Origin: Minisyncoccia bacterium
Lineage (GTDB): Bacteria > Patescibacteriota > Minisyncoccia > Phycocordibacterales > UBA918
DNA: 64,000 nucleotides
Assembly: GCA_046598345.1 (NCBI GenBank)
Contig: JBKJIT010000004.1
Coordinates: 137,226-201,225, forward strand
Reading direction: 5' to 3'
The translations under genes and the position numbers were made by a program. The first letter of the stretch is position 1. Every line of letters starts with the position of its first letter. Shown here in pieces: positions 38,054-47,505 of this stretch. The notes under the pieces were generated by a model, which did no database searches, was not told the origin of the DNA, and was given only the letters and a program-made list of their open reading frames with translations.

Positions 38054-39123
38054 AAACCTTCTTTTTGGAGATCTTCTACCAATTTTCTTGCAGTTCGGGA
38101 TAACTTCTTAGGAATGTCGACGTGGATTTTTACCAAGAAATCACCACGCCCTCCATCTGAAGGCACTCCACGTTCACGAATACGAAGCATTTCTCCGTGC
38201 TTTACTCCTTCTGGAATTTTAATTTTTACGATGCCATCGAGTGTCTCAACTCCGTATGTATTCCCAAGTAATGCGTCAGTGAGCTTAACTGGAAGATTGC
38301 TGAGGAGATTTTTTCCGTCTCGAACAATTGTTTGGTGTGGAGCAACATGGACTTTAATATACAAATCTCCCGGCACTCCTCCCTGTACTGCTTCGCCTCG
38401 TCCTGTCATACGAATCATCTCACCGTGCTCAATTCCTGCAGGAATATTGATATCAATCTGATCCTCTACTTTACGAATACCCTTACCATGACAATCAGGA
38501 CATTTTACCTTTGGCATCTTGCCGAGGGCTCCACACGCTGCGCACTCACGCACTGTAGTAAAGTTCCCCAAGATACTTTGGCGAGTTTCTCGAACTTTTC
38601 CATTACCATTACATACACTGCAGGTCGTCATTTCAGTTCCCTTTTCCGCGCCAGTCCCTGTGCATGTAGAACAGGTATTGTTTTTCATGAGCTTAAGCGA
38701 GCGCTTACTACCGAAAACAGATTCTTTGAATGCAAGTTCGATATCAACGGAAATATCATTGCCGCGTGATTGGCGCTTTCCACTTCGTGCACCTCCTCCG
38801 AAAATATCTCCAAAGTTTTCAAAGATGTCATTGAGGTCAAATTCAACATTTTGAGCATTGAATCCACCCTGAAAACCACCCCAACCAAATGGCCCCTGGT
38901 TTGGGCTTCCTCCACCGCTGTATGAACGGCCATATGCGTCGTATTCCGCGCGTTTCTTGTCGTCACTTAAAATCGAATACGCCTCACTGATTTCCTTGAA
39001 TTTAACCTCATCACCAGTCTTTTTGTCTGGGTGATACTTAGTTGCAAGCTTACGAAAAGCCCGCTTTACCTCGTCTTTTGAGGCTGTTTTTGTAATCCCT
39101 AGAATAGTGTAGTAATCCTTCAT
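38050..39123 (-). CDS. dnaJ: Chaperone DnaJ
   Basis: J domain HPD, G/F region, four CxxCxGxG-type repeats. Confidence 0.97.
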   Translation of the reverse strand: MKDYYTILGITKTASKDEVKRAFRKLATKYHPDKKTGDEVKFKEISEAYSILSDDKKRAEYDAYGRSYSGGGSPNQGPFGWGGFQGGFNAQNVEFDLNDIFENFGDIFGGGARSGKRQSRGNDISVDIELAFKESVFGSKRSLKLMKNNTCSTCTGTGAEKGTEMTTCSVCNGNGKVRETRQSILGNFTTVRECAACGALGKMPKVKCPDCHGKGIRKVEDQIDINIPAGIEHGEMIRMTGRGEAVQGGVPGDLYIKVHVAPHQTIVRDGKNLLSNLPVKLTDALLGNTYGVETLDGIVKIKIPEGVKHGEMLRIRERGVPSDGGRGDFLVKIHVDIPKKLSRTARKLVEDLQKEGL

Positions 39124-39236
39124 ACATGCTCGAAATAAGCCGTTAAAATGACCTATTTATGAGAGGTGGCTATCGCCAAATCTCGTAGTGAGGGTAATAT
39201 AGCACATCCCTGAAAACCCGCACTTATTTGACAAAG

Positions 39237-41135
39237 CTATTTATCTGTTTTTGAATCTTCTTCAGAAATATCAGCGTCAGTAACGTTTTCATCAGTTTTT
39301 TTCTCTGTGGCGTTCGCCTGCCCACTGGTATCACTCTGTCCTTGCATCGCGCCTCCAATTTTTTGCATTTCAGTACTCAGTGTTTGTGTTGCAGCTTTAA
39401 TTGCTTCCACGTCGTCCTTGTCCTTTACTTCCTTGAGGGATGTTACTGCTCCTTCAACACTCGTTACCAGATCCGCCGGTACCTTGTCCTTATGGTCTGT
39501 GAGTGATTTCAGAGCTGTGTAGATCATCTGATCAGCAAGATTGCGAGATTCAATAAGTTGCTTCTTTTTTTCGTCCTCACCAGCATGTTCTTCTGCATCC
39601 TTTTTCATGCGTTCGATATCTTCCTCGGTAAGTCCGGAAGTTGCCTCGATGCGGATCGTCTGTTCTTTGTTGGTTGCTTTGTCCTTCGCGGTTACTTTGA
39701 GTACACCGTTACTGTCGACATCGAAGATCACTTCAATTTGTGGCATGCCACGGGGCGCTGGTGGAATTCCATCCAGGATAAATCGGCCAAGTGATTTGTT
39801 GTCAGCTGCCATAGGGCGTTCACCTTGCGTGATGTGAATTTCAACTGATGTCTGTGTGTCCGCAGCGGTTGAGAAAACTTGTTCACGTTTCGTAGGAATG
39901 TGTGTATTTTTTTCAATGAGTTTTGTTGCTACTCCTCCCATAGTTTCGATACCGAGTGAAAGCGGGATCACATCTACAAGCGTAATATCGTGCACGTCTC
40001 CCTGGAAAATTCCTGCCTGAATCGCTGCGCCGAGCGCAACTACCTCGTCTGGGTTTACCGATTTGTTTGGTTCTTTTCCAAAAAGTTCACGTACTGCTTG
40101 TACGATAGCAGGCATACGTGTCTGCCCTCCTACAAGAATAATCTCATCGATGTCCTCCTTCTTAAATGGAGATGCTTCGAGCGCTCGCTTCGTAATTTCA
40201 ATTGATCGGTCTACAAACTCATGTGCAAGTTCTTCAAGTTTTGCCCTAGTAAGCTTAAGTAAAAGGTGTTTAGGTCCATTGGCGTCTGAGGTAATAAACG
40301 GAATGTTAATCTCCGCTTCGCCTGTTGTGGAGAGTTCGTGCTTAGCCTTCTCTGCAGCCTCGTCAAGTCGCTGAAGCGCAAGCGGATCATTCCCAAGGTC
40401 GATGCCTTCGAGGCTTTTAAATTCCTGAATGAAGTGTCGTACGATCTTCTGATCAATATCCCGTCCTCCCATGTGTGCATCCCCATCTGTTGACTGCACC
40501 TCAACAACATCATCTCCTACATCGAGTACGGTGATGTCAAATGTTCCTCCCCCGAAGTCGTATACCACAATCTTTTCGTCTTTCTTTTTATTGAATCCAT
40601 AGGCAAGAGCTGCTGCTGTAGGTTCATTAATGATGCGCAGTACATTTAGTCCTGCGATCTTCCCTGCATCCTGTGTTGCTTTTCGTTGTGCATCATTAAA
40701 ATAGGCAGGCACGGTAATAACAGCTTCAGTGATTTTCTCACCGAGCTTCGCCTCAGCGTCGGCCTTAAGCTTCGAAAGGATCATTGCGGACACTTCCTCA
40801 GGACGGTAGTCCTTTTCTCCCATGTGGACCAAGACACCTTTGTCAGGACCTTCCTTTACTTCATATGGAACGATTGCTTTGTCGCTCTGGACAGCTGGCT
40901 CATCAAAATTGTGTCCCATGAATCGCTTGATTCCGTAAATCGTATTTTTTGGATTTGTTACTGCTTGTCGCTTAGCAATTTGGCCCACGAGACGCTCCTT
41001 TGTCTTAGAGATAGCCACAATTGAAGGAGTAGTACGATTACCCTCACTATTTTCAATGATGGTCGGTTCACCGCCTTCAATAATTGCCACTGCAGAGTTT
41101 GTTGTTCCCAAATCTATTCCAAGTATTTTTGACAT
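39237..41135 (-). CDS. dnaK: Chaperone DnaK
   Basis: [36 protein letters not shown]. Confidence 0.98.
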   Translation of the reverse strand: MSKILGIDLGTTNSAVAIIEGGEPTIIENSEGNRTTPSIVAISKTKERLVGQIAKRQAVTNPKNTIYGIKRFMGHNFDEPAVQSDKAIVPYEVKEGPDKGVLVHMGEKDYRPEEVSAMILSKLKADAEAKLGEKITEAVITVPAYFNDAQRKATQDAGKIAGLNVLRIINEPTAAALAYGFNKKKDEKIVVYDFGGGTFDITVLDVGDDVVEVQSTDGDAHMGGRDIDQKIVRHFIQEFKSLEGIDLGNDPLALQRLDEAAEKAKHELSTTGEAEINIPFITSDANGPKHLLLKLTRAKLEELAHEFVDRSIEITKRALEASPFKKEDIDEIILVGGQTRMPAIVQAVRELFGKEPNKSVNPDEVVALGAAIQAGIFQGDVHDITLVDVIPLSLGIETMGGVATKLIEKNTHIPTKREQVFSTAADTQTSVEIHITQGERPMAADNKSLGRFILDGIPPAPRGMPQIEVIFDVDSNGVLKVTAKDKATNKEQTIRIEATSGLTEEDIERMKKDAEEHAGEDEKKKQLIESRNLADQMIYTALKSLTDHKDKVPADLVTSVEGAVTSLKEVKDKDDVEAIKAATQTLSTEMQKIGGAMQGQSDTSGQANATEKKTDENVTDADISEEDSKTDK

Positions 41136-41156
41136 ATTGTGTAAGGTTATGAATGA

Positions 41157-41741
41157 TTAATTTTCTTGTGCTACTCCAACGCCAACTTTTGCAGGTCGAA
41201 TCACTACGTCATTCCGTTTATACCCTTTCTGGAGAACCGAGATTATGGTGTCCTGCTTTTCAGGGTCATCTACCGGAATATTAGCTAATGCTTCATGTTC
41301 GTGGGGGTTAAATTGCTTTCCGAGTGTTTCAATTTCGGTAACGTCGTAACGTTTAAGGAGACTCATGAGAATACTCTGAATCCCGAGAATGCCCTCTCGC
41401 CACTTCGGATCAAGTGATGTGGTGTCGAGGAGCGCATGCTCAAACCCATCAACGAGCGGCAAAATATTTCCAAGAAATGCATCGACTTGTCGTTCGCCAG
41501 TACGAAGTGATTGTTCTTCAATACGTCGCTTACTGTTTAAGAAATCTGCTTTAGTACGCTGCAGGTTTTCGAGCAGATCAGCCTTCTCGGTCTCAAGTGT
41601 TCTTACTTTCTCACGAAAGCTTTTAAGCTTGTCCTGAAGTCGTTCTTCAGTTTCTATTTCTTCAGCTTCTTCGCTCTCTACGTAATCGGCGTCGTCTTCT
41701 CTCTGCACTTCTTCATCAAAATTATCTTTTCTGTCTTCCAT
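41157..41741 (-). CDS. grpE: Nucleotide exchange factor GrpE
   Basis: R..ADF.N..RR, F.P..HEA, QKGY....VIRPA.V. Confidence 0.95.
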   Translation of the reverse strand: MEDRKDNFDEEVQREDDADYVESEEAEEIETEERLQDKLKSFREKVRTLETEKADLLENLQRTKADFLNSKRRIEEQSLRTGERQVDAFLGNILPLVDGFEHALLDTTSLDPKWREGILGIQSILMSLLKRYDVTEIETLGKQFNPHEHEALANIPVDDPEKQDTIISVLQKGYKRNDVVIRPAKVGVGVAQEN

Positions 41742-41750
41742 AGATTCGGT

Positions 41751-41779
41751 ATTATACAGATGGTTTCTCTGTGTGTCAA
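41751..41779 (-). promoter_or_regulatory. Consensus sigma70 promoter of grpE-dnaK-dnaJ
   Basis: TTGACA-N17-TATAAT perfect consensus, 9 nt upstream of the grpE ATG. Confidence 0.85.
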
Positions 41780-41810
41780 AAACGGCTTGATTTAGACCTG
41801 GGGTGAATTT

Positions 41811-41852
41811 TAGTAACCGGCCACCGGTCTTAAGACCGGTGGCCGGTTACTA
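41811..41852. repeat. Perfect 42-bp palindrome
   Basis: TAGTAACCGGCCACCGGTCTT|AAGACCGGTGGCCGGTTACTA. Confidence 0.9.
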
Positions 41853-41863
41853 TCTCGTACGTC

Positions 41864-41966
41864 CAAGTTGCTAAGTAAATTTTTAATACTTAAAAATTAA
41901 CTAAGCACTTGCGACCCCACCTCGCGGTTTCTTTGTTTCAAAACTAAGAAACATCGCTGCGGTCGT
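41864..41966 (-). repeat. Structured element, family I copy C
   Basis: Minus strand CGACCGCAGCGAT-GTTTCTT..AAGAAAC-CGCGAGGTGGGGTCG followed by a second hairpin. Confidence 0.65.
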
Positions 41967-41985
41967 CAGATTATCGTTTTGGCGT

Positions 41986-42073
41986 CAGGTCACTAATTCA
42001 CTCCGCTCATAAGTGCCTCCTGCCCGGCCTCGCATCGTATCGTCCTATGAAGGACGATACGATGCTCCGGCTG
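41986..42073 (-). repeat. Post-terminator structured element, family I copy B
   Basis: Minus strand CCGGAGC-ATCGTATCGTCC..GGACGATACGAT-GCGAGGCCGGG, then a hairpin with GAGCGGAGTGAATTAG. Confidence 0.65.
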
Positions 42074-42081
42074 AGTAAGCG

Positions 42082-42112
42082 AAGAAAAAGCCCCTCAATG
42101 GGGCTTTTTCTT
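42082..42112 (-). terminator. Rho-independent terminator after rpsI
   Basis: AAGAAAAAGCCCC-tcaat-GGGGCTTTTTCTT. Confidence 0.88.
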
Positions 42113-42514
42113 TTAACGCTTACTCCACTGTGGGGCTCGTCGCGCCTTTTTGAGGCCAAATTTCTTTCGCTCAACTGCACGTGGATCTCGCTTAAGGAAT
42201 CCACCACGTTTAAGTGGAATACGGCGATCTGCTTTTTCCTTTACGAGTGCGCGTGCAATACCGAGACGGATTGCTTCAGCTTGTGAAGAAAGTCCTCCTC
42301 CTTGTACTTTTGCAGAAATTTCGTAGGTCTCGATTCCAGCATCCTTTGTTTCAAGTACTGAAAGTACATTCTTCTGAAGCGCGAGTGCGCTAAAGTATTC
42401 AGCGATAGGACGCTCGTTCACGATAATTCGCTGCTCCTTTGAGGGAGTTATACGAACTCGCGCAGAAGCTGTTTTTCGTCGTCCAATGCCTTCAATATAC
42501 TGTTTGGTTGCCAT
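42113..42514 (-). CDS. rpsI: 30S ribosomal protein S9
   Basis: GRRKTA.ARV, GGG...QA.AIR.GIARAL, ERKKFGLKKARRAPQWSKR. Confidence 0.98.
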   Translation of the reverse strand: MATKQYIEGIGRRKTASARVRITPSKEQRIIVNERPIAEYFSALALQKNVLSVLETKDAGIETYEISAKVQGGGLSSQAEAIRLGIARALVKEKADRRIPLKRGGFLKRDPRAVERKKFGLKKARRAPQWSKR

Positions 42515-42522
42515 ACGAATGT

Positions 42523-42873
42523 TTAATCAATAACTACGAGATTTTTCATGCGACCTTTGTGAAGTCTATTCTTTGGGATCATGTTGCTTACTACGCGACG
42601 GACTACTTCACCGTATCCACGTCGTGTTGCCAGGTGAATCAAGGTCTCTACCTTTCGTCCTCCAGGGTAACCTGAGTAGTTCTGAAATTCCATTTTTCCT
42701 TTCTTTTCAGAAATATCGAGCTTGCTTGCATTCTGTACTTTCACAGTCACTGGAGCAATTGCATTCTTGGTAAAAGAAGTTGAGTTTTTACCGAGAAGCA
42801 CAGACGCAACCTCCGTTGCTACACGGCCGAGTCGCTTTCCTGCTGCATCAATGATGTATTCTTGATTTTCCAT
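42523..42873 (-). CDS. rplM: 50S ribosomal protein L13 (short form)
   Basis: IIDA.GK.LGRVA, LLGK, SGYPGG, MIPKNRL. Confidence 0.93.
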   Translation of the reverse strand: MENQEYIIDAAGKRLGRVATEVASVLLGKNSTSFTKNAIAPVTVKVQNASKLDISEKKGKMEFQNYSGYPGGRKVETLIHLATRRGYGEVVRRVVSNMIPKNRLHKGRMKNLVVID

Positions 42874-42877
42874 ATAA

Positions 42878-43231
42878 TTATACAAATTCAATCACCGCTT
42901 CTCTTCGTCCTGCATGCGTGTCACCCATACGGGTAATACGAGTATAGCCCCCTACCCGATCCTTAAAGCTAGTAGCGATTTCACCAAAAAGCTTTTCGAT
43001 AACTTTTGATTGTGGTTCACCGAGCTTTGTTGCGGCACGTCGTTTTGCAACGATCGTCCCCTCCTTTCCATACGTTACGAGACGTTCGATGTAAGGTCGA
43101 AGTTCCTTTGCCTTAGCTTCGGTGGTAAGGATTTTCTTATGTTCAATGAGAGAAATAGCAAGACCACGCAAAAGTGCTGTGCGCCCTTTACGATCTCGAT
43201 TTAATCTTCGGTTTGCGTTGTGGTGTTGCAT
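42878..43231 (-). CDS. rplQ: 50S ribosomal protein L17
   Basis: I.TTEAKAKELR..IE.L.T, R.GGYTRI. Confidence 0.96.
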   Translation of the reverse strand: MQHHNANRRLNRDRKGRTALLRGLAISLIEHKKILTTEAKAKELRPYIERLVTYGKEGTIVAKRRAATKLGEPQSKVIEKLFGEIATSFKDRVGGYTRITRMGDTHAGRREAVIEFV

Positions 43232-43236
43232 ACGTA

Positions 43237-44205
43237 TTAATCCTTAAGTCCCGTGTTCATTTTTGTGAGCATTTCTTCGATCTCATCAAGTCCTTTTGGT
43301 CCAATGCCGTCGAGAGCGAGGATATCATCTTTTCGCTTTCTCACAAGTCCTCCAACCGTTCTGATGTTCGCGTTCTCGAGTGCCCCTAGTGTTCTTGATG
43401 AGAGATCAAGTGTTTCAATACGAGTCTTGAGAACGTCAGAATCTACTTCAACTTCCTCAGATTTCGGTGCCAGAGTAGTGTCTACGGCAGCTTCACGAAC
43501 CTGTGGTTCTGAGTCTTGGAAACCAATCACCGACTTGAGTTGATGAATCATAATCTCAATAGAATTCTCGAGTGCCTCACGCGGCGTGAGTGTTCCATCA
43601 GTCTCAATGAAGACGCGAAGACGATTATAGTCAGTTCTGTCTCCTACACGCATGTTTTCAACCTCGTAATTCACGCGGCGAATCGGCGTAAACACTGCAT
43701 CGAGCGCGATGGTTCCAATGTCAACCTTTTCTTTCTGGTGCACTTCTCGTGGCACATACCCAAGACCGTGTTCAACCGTAATATCCATTTCCAGCTTCGT
43801 TCCTTTAGCAGTAATCTCTGCAATATGTTGGTTAGGATTAAGAATTTCAATTTGTGAAGGTGCATTCATTGAACCGGCAGTCACAACACCAACTTCGTTT
43901 GCCTTAAGTGTTACGGTAAGTTTTTCGTCTCCATGCATAAGAAGTCGAACCTTCTTAAGGTTGAGGAGAATGGTTATAACATCTTCCTTTACACCACTCA
44001 TTGCTGAAAATTCATGTTCAACCCCCGTGATCTTTACATGCGTAATTGCAGCTCCTGGAAGTGAGGAAAGAATGATTCGACGCAGTGAATTTCCGAGCGT
44101 GTGGCCATACCCTGGGTATAGTCCATCAATTTCATAGACACCCTGGAACTCCTCCTCAGAGATGACGCGTGGTTTTGACGGCAATGCAACACTTTTTTCT
44201 AGCAT
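43237..44205 (-). CDS. rpoA: RNA polymerase alpha subunit
   Basis: GYG.TLGNSLRRIILSSLPGAAIT, DA.FTP, RVG.RTDY..L, alpha-CTD. Confidence 0.98.
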   Translation of the reverse strand: MLEKSVALPSKPRVISEEEFQGVYEIDGLYPGYGHTLGNSLRRIILSSLPGAAITHVKITGVEHEFSAMSGVKEDVITILLNLKKVRLLMHGDEKLTVTLKANEVGVVTAGSMNAPSQIEILNPNQHIAEITAKGTKLEMDITVEHGLGYVPREVHQKEKVDIGTIALDAVFTPIRRVNYEVENMRVGDRTDYNRLRVFIETDGTLTPREALENSIEIMIHQLKSVIGFQDSEPQVREAAVDTTLAPKSEEVEVDSDVLKTRIETLDLSSRTLGALENANIRTVGGLVRKRKDDILALDGIGPKGLDEIEEMLTKMNTGLKD

Positions 44206-44229
44206 ACGTATAGATTTAGTTATTAATAA

Positions 44230-44838
44230 TTATCGACTGTAAAATTCGAGGACTTGCTGAGGGTCGAAAAGAGTCTCGGTAGGCTCGTAAATAGGATCAG
44301 ACTTCTTCTCACCAGACAGGTTCTTTACATCGAAAGTAAGCCAATTTGGAACTCCAGCCTGCTGATGCTCTTCAGCAAGACTAGTAAAAAGAATTGACTG
44401 CTTACTTTCAGTGCGTACTGAAACAACATCCCCTATCGTTGTGCGGTATGAAGGGATATCAAGCTTTCTGCCATTAACCATAATGTGTCCGTGTGAGACC
44501 ATCTGGCGCGCGAGAAGACGTGTCTTTGCAAGTCCTAGTCGATAGACCACATTATCAAGACGTGATTCAAGTCGGCTCATAAGCATTGCGATCGGCTGAT
44601 GAGTTTTGCTCATAGCTTCATCAATATAACGACGAAGTTGCTTTTCAGTAATGCAGTACGTAAAACGCATCTTTTGCTTCTCAATGAGCTGCTTTTTAAA
44701 ATCGGAAGCCATACCCATGCGCTTCGTCTTATTCTTTGCGCTACGCGCTTCAGAAAGAGCAAACTTCTGCGTCTGCGTTTTTTCAAACACAGCAGCTCCG
44801 AGTCGCTTAGCAATTTTGTATTTAGGCCCGATAATCAT
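44230..44838 (-). CDS. rpsD: 30S ribosomal protein S4
   Basis: [32 protein letters not shown]. Confidence 0.97.
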   Translation of the reverse strand: MIIGPKYKIAKRLGAAVFEKTQTQKFALSEARSAKNKTKRMGMASDFKKQLIEKQKMRFTYCITEKQLRRYIDEAMSKTHQPIAMLMSRLESRLDNVVYRLGLAKTRLLARQMVSHGHIMVNGRKLDIPSYRTTIGDVVSVRTESKQSILFTSLAEEHQQAGVPNWLTFDVKNLSGEKKSDPIYEPTETLFDPQQVLEFYSR

Positions 44839-44857
44839 AATAAAAACGTAAAACTAA

Positions 44858-45289
44858 TTAAATGCGGCGTTCCTTAGGTGGTCGTGGACCGTTGTGCGGA
44901 ACTGGGGTCTGGTCAGAAATTGAGGTAATTGAAATCCCCTTTGATGAAAACCCTCGAAGTGCTGATTCTCGCCCTGCTCCAACGCCTTTGATCACCACAT
45001 TTGCATCCTTCATGCCCATCTGTTGAGCTTTTTCACCGATTATTTCACCAACTTTGGCTGCTGCAAATGGAGTACTTTTCCGTGATCCTTTGAAGCCAAG
45101 CGCTCCACTTGAGGCTCCTATAAGCGTATTTCCCTTGTTATCACAGAGTGTGAGGATCGTGTTGTTGAATGTTGCAAGAACGTTAAGCGTGCCAACTGCA
45201 ATTTTTTTCTTAGGAATACGTGAAAGCGCTCGTGAAGAACCACTTACATCCGATCCACCCCCTTTTTTAATTATTCGTTTCTTACCCAT
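44858..45289 (-). CDS. rpsK: 30S ribosomal protein S11
   Basis: TFNNTI, GFKGSRKSTPFAA, D.TPVPHNG. Confidence 0.97.
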   Translation of the reverse strand: MGKKRIIKKGGGSDVSGSSRALSRIPKKKIAVGTLNVLATFNNTILTLCDNKGNTLIGASSGALGFKGSRKSTPFAAAKVGEIIGEKAQQMGMKDANVVIKGVGAGRESALRGFSSKGISITSISDQTPVPHNGPRPPKERRI

Positions 45290-45324
45290 AGGAAAAATAA
45301 TGTGTGATAAAGCAGCTTAAAAGT

Positions 45325-45702
45325 TTATGTTTTCTCAAGCTTTCGGCGTCCTGAACTCATGGTCTTCTTAACTCCCTTCAATGTACGAGCGTTCGTCTTT
45401 GTTCGTTGACCCCGCGCAGGAAGACGTTTTGCGTGTCGACTACCTCTATACGCCTGAATATCTTTGAGGCGTTTAATATTTCCACTTATCTCTCGCTTTA
45501 GCTCACCTTCAATGGTGTAGGCTTCAACCTTCTCACGAATAGCATTTTCCTCTTCAGTAGTGAGTTCAGTGGGCTTCTTTTGAAGCGGGATGCTTAGCTC
45601 ACCTAAAATAGTTCGAGAGCGTGATACACCAATACCGTGCACTGCCGTGAGCGCATACTCAAGGTGCTTTGTATCTGGAATTGTAATACCTGAAATTCTC
45701 AT
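45325..45702 (-). CDS. rpsM: 30S ribosomal protein S13
   Basis: RISG, ALT..HGIG, YRG.RH...LP.RGQRTKTNART. Confidence 0.97.
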   Translation of the reverse strand: MRISGITIPDTKHLEYALTAVHGIGVSRSRTILGELSIPLQKKPTELTTEEENAIREKVEAYTIEGELKREISGNIKRLKDIQAYRGSRHAKRLPARGQRTKTNARTLKGVKKTMSSGRRKLEKT

Positions 45703-45703
45703 G

Positions 45704-45820
45704 TTAACCTTGGCGTTGCTTATTGCGAGGCTTCTTCTTATTAATCACATAAATCACCCCCCTGCGGCGCACGATCTTATCATCCGGACTGATTTTTTTA
45801 ACTGATGATCTAACTTTCAT
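45704..45820 (-). CDS. rpmJ: 50S ribosomal protein L36 (Cys-free)
   Basis: Manual translation [38 protein letters not shown], between infA and rpsM; too short for the ORF track. Confidence 0.95.
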   Translation of the reverse strand: MKVRSSVKKISPDDKIVRRRGVIYVINKKKPRNKQRQG

Positions 45821-45821
45821 A

Positions 45822-46049
45822 TTACAAACGTTTAGTTATTCGTGCTTTTCCTCCATATGGCTCGGGTACCAAGGCAACTCGGTCGCCCACAAGCACCCTG
45901 ATTTTGAATTTGCGCATTTTGCCAGCGAGGTACGCAATAATCGGTTTTTCTTCCCCGTCTATCAATACACGAAAAAGCGCATTTGCAAGCGCCTCTTCGA
46001 CTGTTCCATAGACGAAGCCCTCTTTACTGTCTGATTTTTCTTGCATCAA
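45822..46049 (-). CDS. infA: Translation initiation factor IF-1
   Basis: [18 protein letters not shown]...IRVL.GDRV. Confidence 0.93.
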   Translation of the reverse strand: MMQEKSDSKEGFVYGTVEEALANALFRVLIDGEEKPIIAYLAGKMRKFKIRVLVGDRVALVPEPYGGKARITKRL

Positions 46050-46156
46050 ACGACCGTGAGTTTAACAAAGTAATAACCATGCGTCAAGTCGCTCATCCCC
46101 ACTCCATCTTTTATTCCCATACAACTGCGTGTAAAAGTCACTTTAGAAAGATTACT

Positions 46157-47485
46157 TTACTCCCCCTCTGCTACAACGGTGGTAATTTCAATCTTTTTGG
46201 TGTCTTCTGGAAATTCCTGCTTCCAAAAAGGCTTTATTTTAGCTTCAAATTTAGTAATTGATGGGTAGCTCGTGATCACCGATGGAAGTGCCGTCTTTGA
46301 TTTTCCAGCAATATCGGTCTTTAGCTTCTCTGCATCGAAGGTCCAGAGAATACGCGTGTTGCCTTTAAGCATGAACTCAAGACTTTCCGCTTTTGATATG
46401 TCACTAAGTGAAGTCGTTGGAGAGGTGTAGCTAAATATTAATGTGTGTGGATCTGGAAGTGATACAGGGCTTTCTTCAAAACCCTTGATAGTATTTTTTG
46501 CGAGATATGTTGCAAACTCCCCTTCGGCAAAGATTGGAACCTGAAGTTTTGCCTTTTCCTTTATTGTCGCCATACCATCCTTATACTCTGTGCTGGGGAG
46601 ATACTCATAGGTAAAGGTTACTGCGTCATCAAAAATTATGAATCCAGCGGGACGTTCAGTCTTTATTCGTGCAAGAAGTGCATCGCGGAGCTCGAGTTGA
46701 AGCGACTGATCGGCAGTCTTAAATTCTGTTTCGTCTGTTACAAATTTCTTACCCTCAAATCCTCCCGTGAAATCATTAGTTGATTCTGCATAGACCTTTT
46801 CAAATTGCTCACTACCTGAAAGTCCAGGAACCGTAAACCGTGTTGGCTTAATGTTGTATTGCTCACCTGTTCCGTCAGCAAAAACATCTGCAGTAATAAC
46901 TCCTGGAATTAAAATTCCCTCTCTGTTCTTTGTAGTCCCAGGTACTTCAACAGATTCATTGATTCTGAAAATAAGCCCTTCAGGAGTGGCAAAACGCGTA
47001 TTTTTTATGAGGCGTTGAGGGGTGACGCTATATGCGTTGTATATAAGTATCTTTCCAGTAGCCCGCTCTTTGACTTCTGTTTCTCCAGTAGCAGTCACCT
47101 GTCGCTCCCCACTCGCTTCAAGTGTAAGCAGTTCATAGCTTAAATCCCCCACTTGAGGATTCGTGAGCGCAGTAAAGTTAGCTTGTACGGTTACATCCTT
47201 AAACTTAGGATTCACGACCACTTCAGCTCCTCCCATGAGCGTGTTTACAAAGAAACCAGCGCCCAGAATCGCAAGAACAATAATACACGAAACAATCATT
47301 CGCTTACGCCGCTCTGCCTTTCCGTCGAGTATATCAATAGTGGAAAGTTCAGGGTCAGTGTATTCCTCAACTTTCTCAGGCTTTCTCGCAATATCCTGTC
47401 GCTGGGGAGTAATTGTATCTCGCTGCGGTGGTGCCTTGCGTGTACCAGCAGGACGAATATCACCAAGATTCCATTTTTGTGCCAT
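46157..47485 (-). CDS. Single-TM protein with baseplate-J-like extracellular domain
   Basis: TM, then ATG.I.IYN, LIKNTRF, V.VPG, V.A..GE.YNI, FTGG pattern; recalled similarity, not searched. Confidence 0.55.
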   Translation of the reverse strand: MAQKWNLGDIRPAGTRKAPPQRDTITPQRQDIARKPEKVEEYTDPELSTIDILDGKAERRKRMIVSCIIVLAILGAGFFVNTLMGGAEVVVNPKFKDVTVQANFTALTNPQVGDLSYELLTLEASGERQVTATGETEVKERATGKILIYNAYSVTPQRLIKNTRFATPEGLIFRINESVEVPGTTKNREGILIPGVITADVFADGTGEQYNIKPTRFTVPGLSGSEQFEKVYAESTNDFTGGFEGKKFVTDETEFKTADQSLQLELRDALLARIKTERPAGFIIFDDAVTFTYEYLPSTEYKDGMATIKEKAKLQVPIFAEGEFATYLAKNTIKGFEESPVSLPDPHTLIFSYTSPTTSLSDISKAESLEFMLKGNTRILWTFDAEKLKTDIAGKSKTALPSVITSYPSITKFEAKIKPFWKQEFPEDTKKIEITTVVAEGE

Positions 47486-47505
47486 GTATTAAGTATATAC
47501 CTACT

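Noticed and set aside
41745-41920. CIRCE operator upstream of grpE-dnaK-dnaJ
   Set aside because: No TTAGCACTC-N9-GAGTGCTAA; TAAGCACTT near 41902 has no properly spaced partner and lies within a family I element.
46157-47485. Prophage suggested by the baseplate-J-like protein
   Set aside because: No integrase, terminase, capsid or tail genes; the protein has a TM anchor and sits among core genes.
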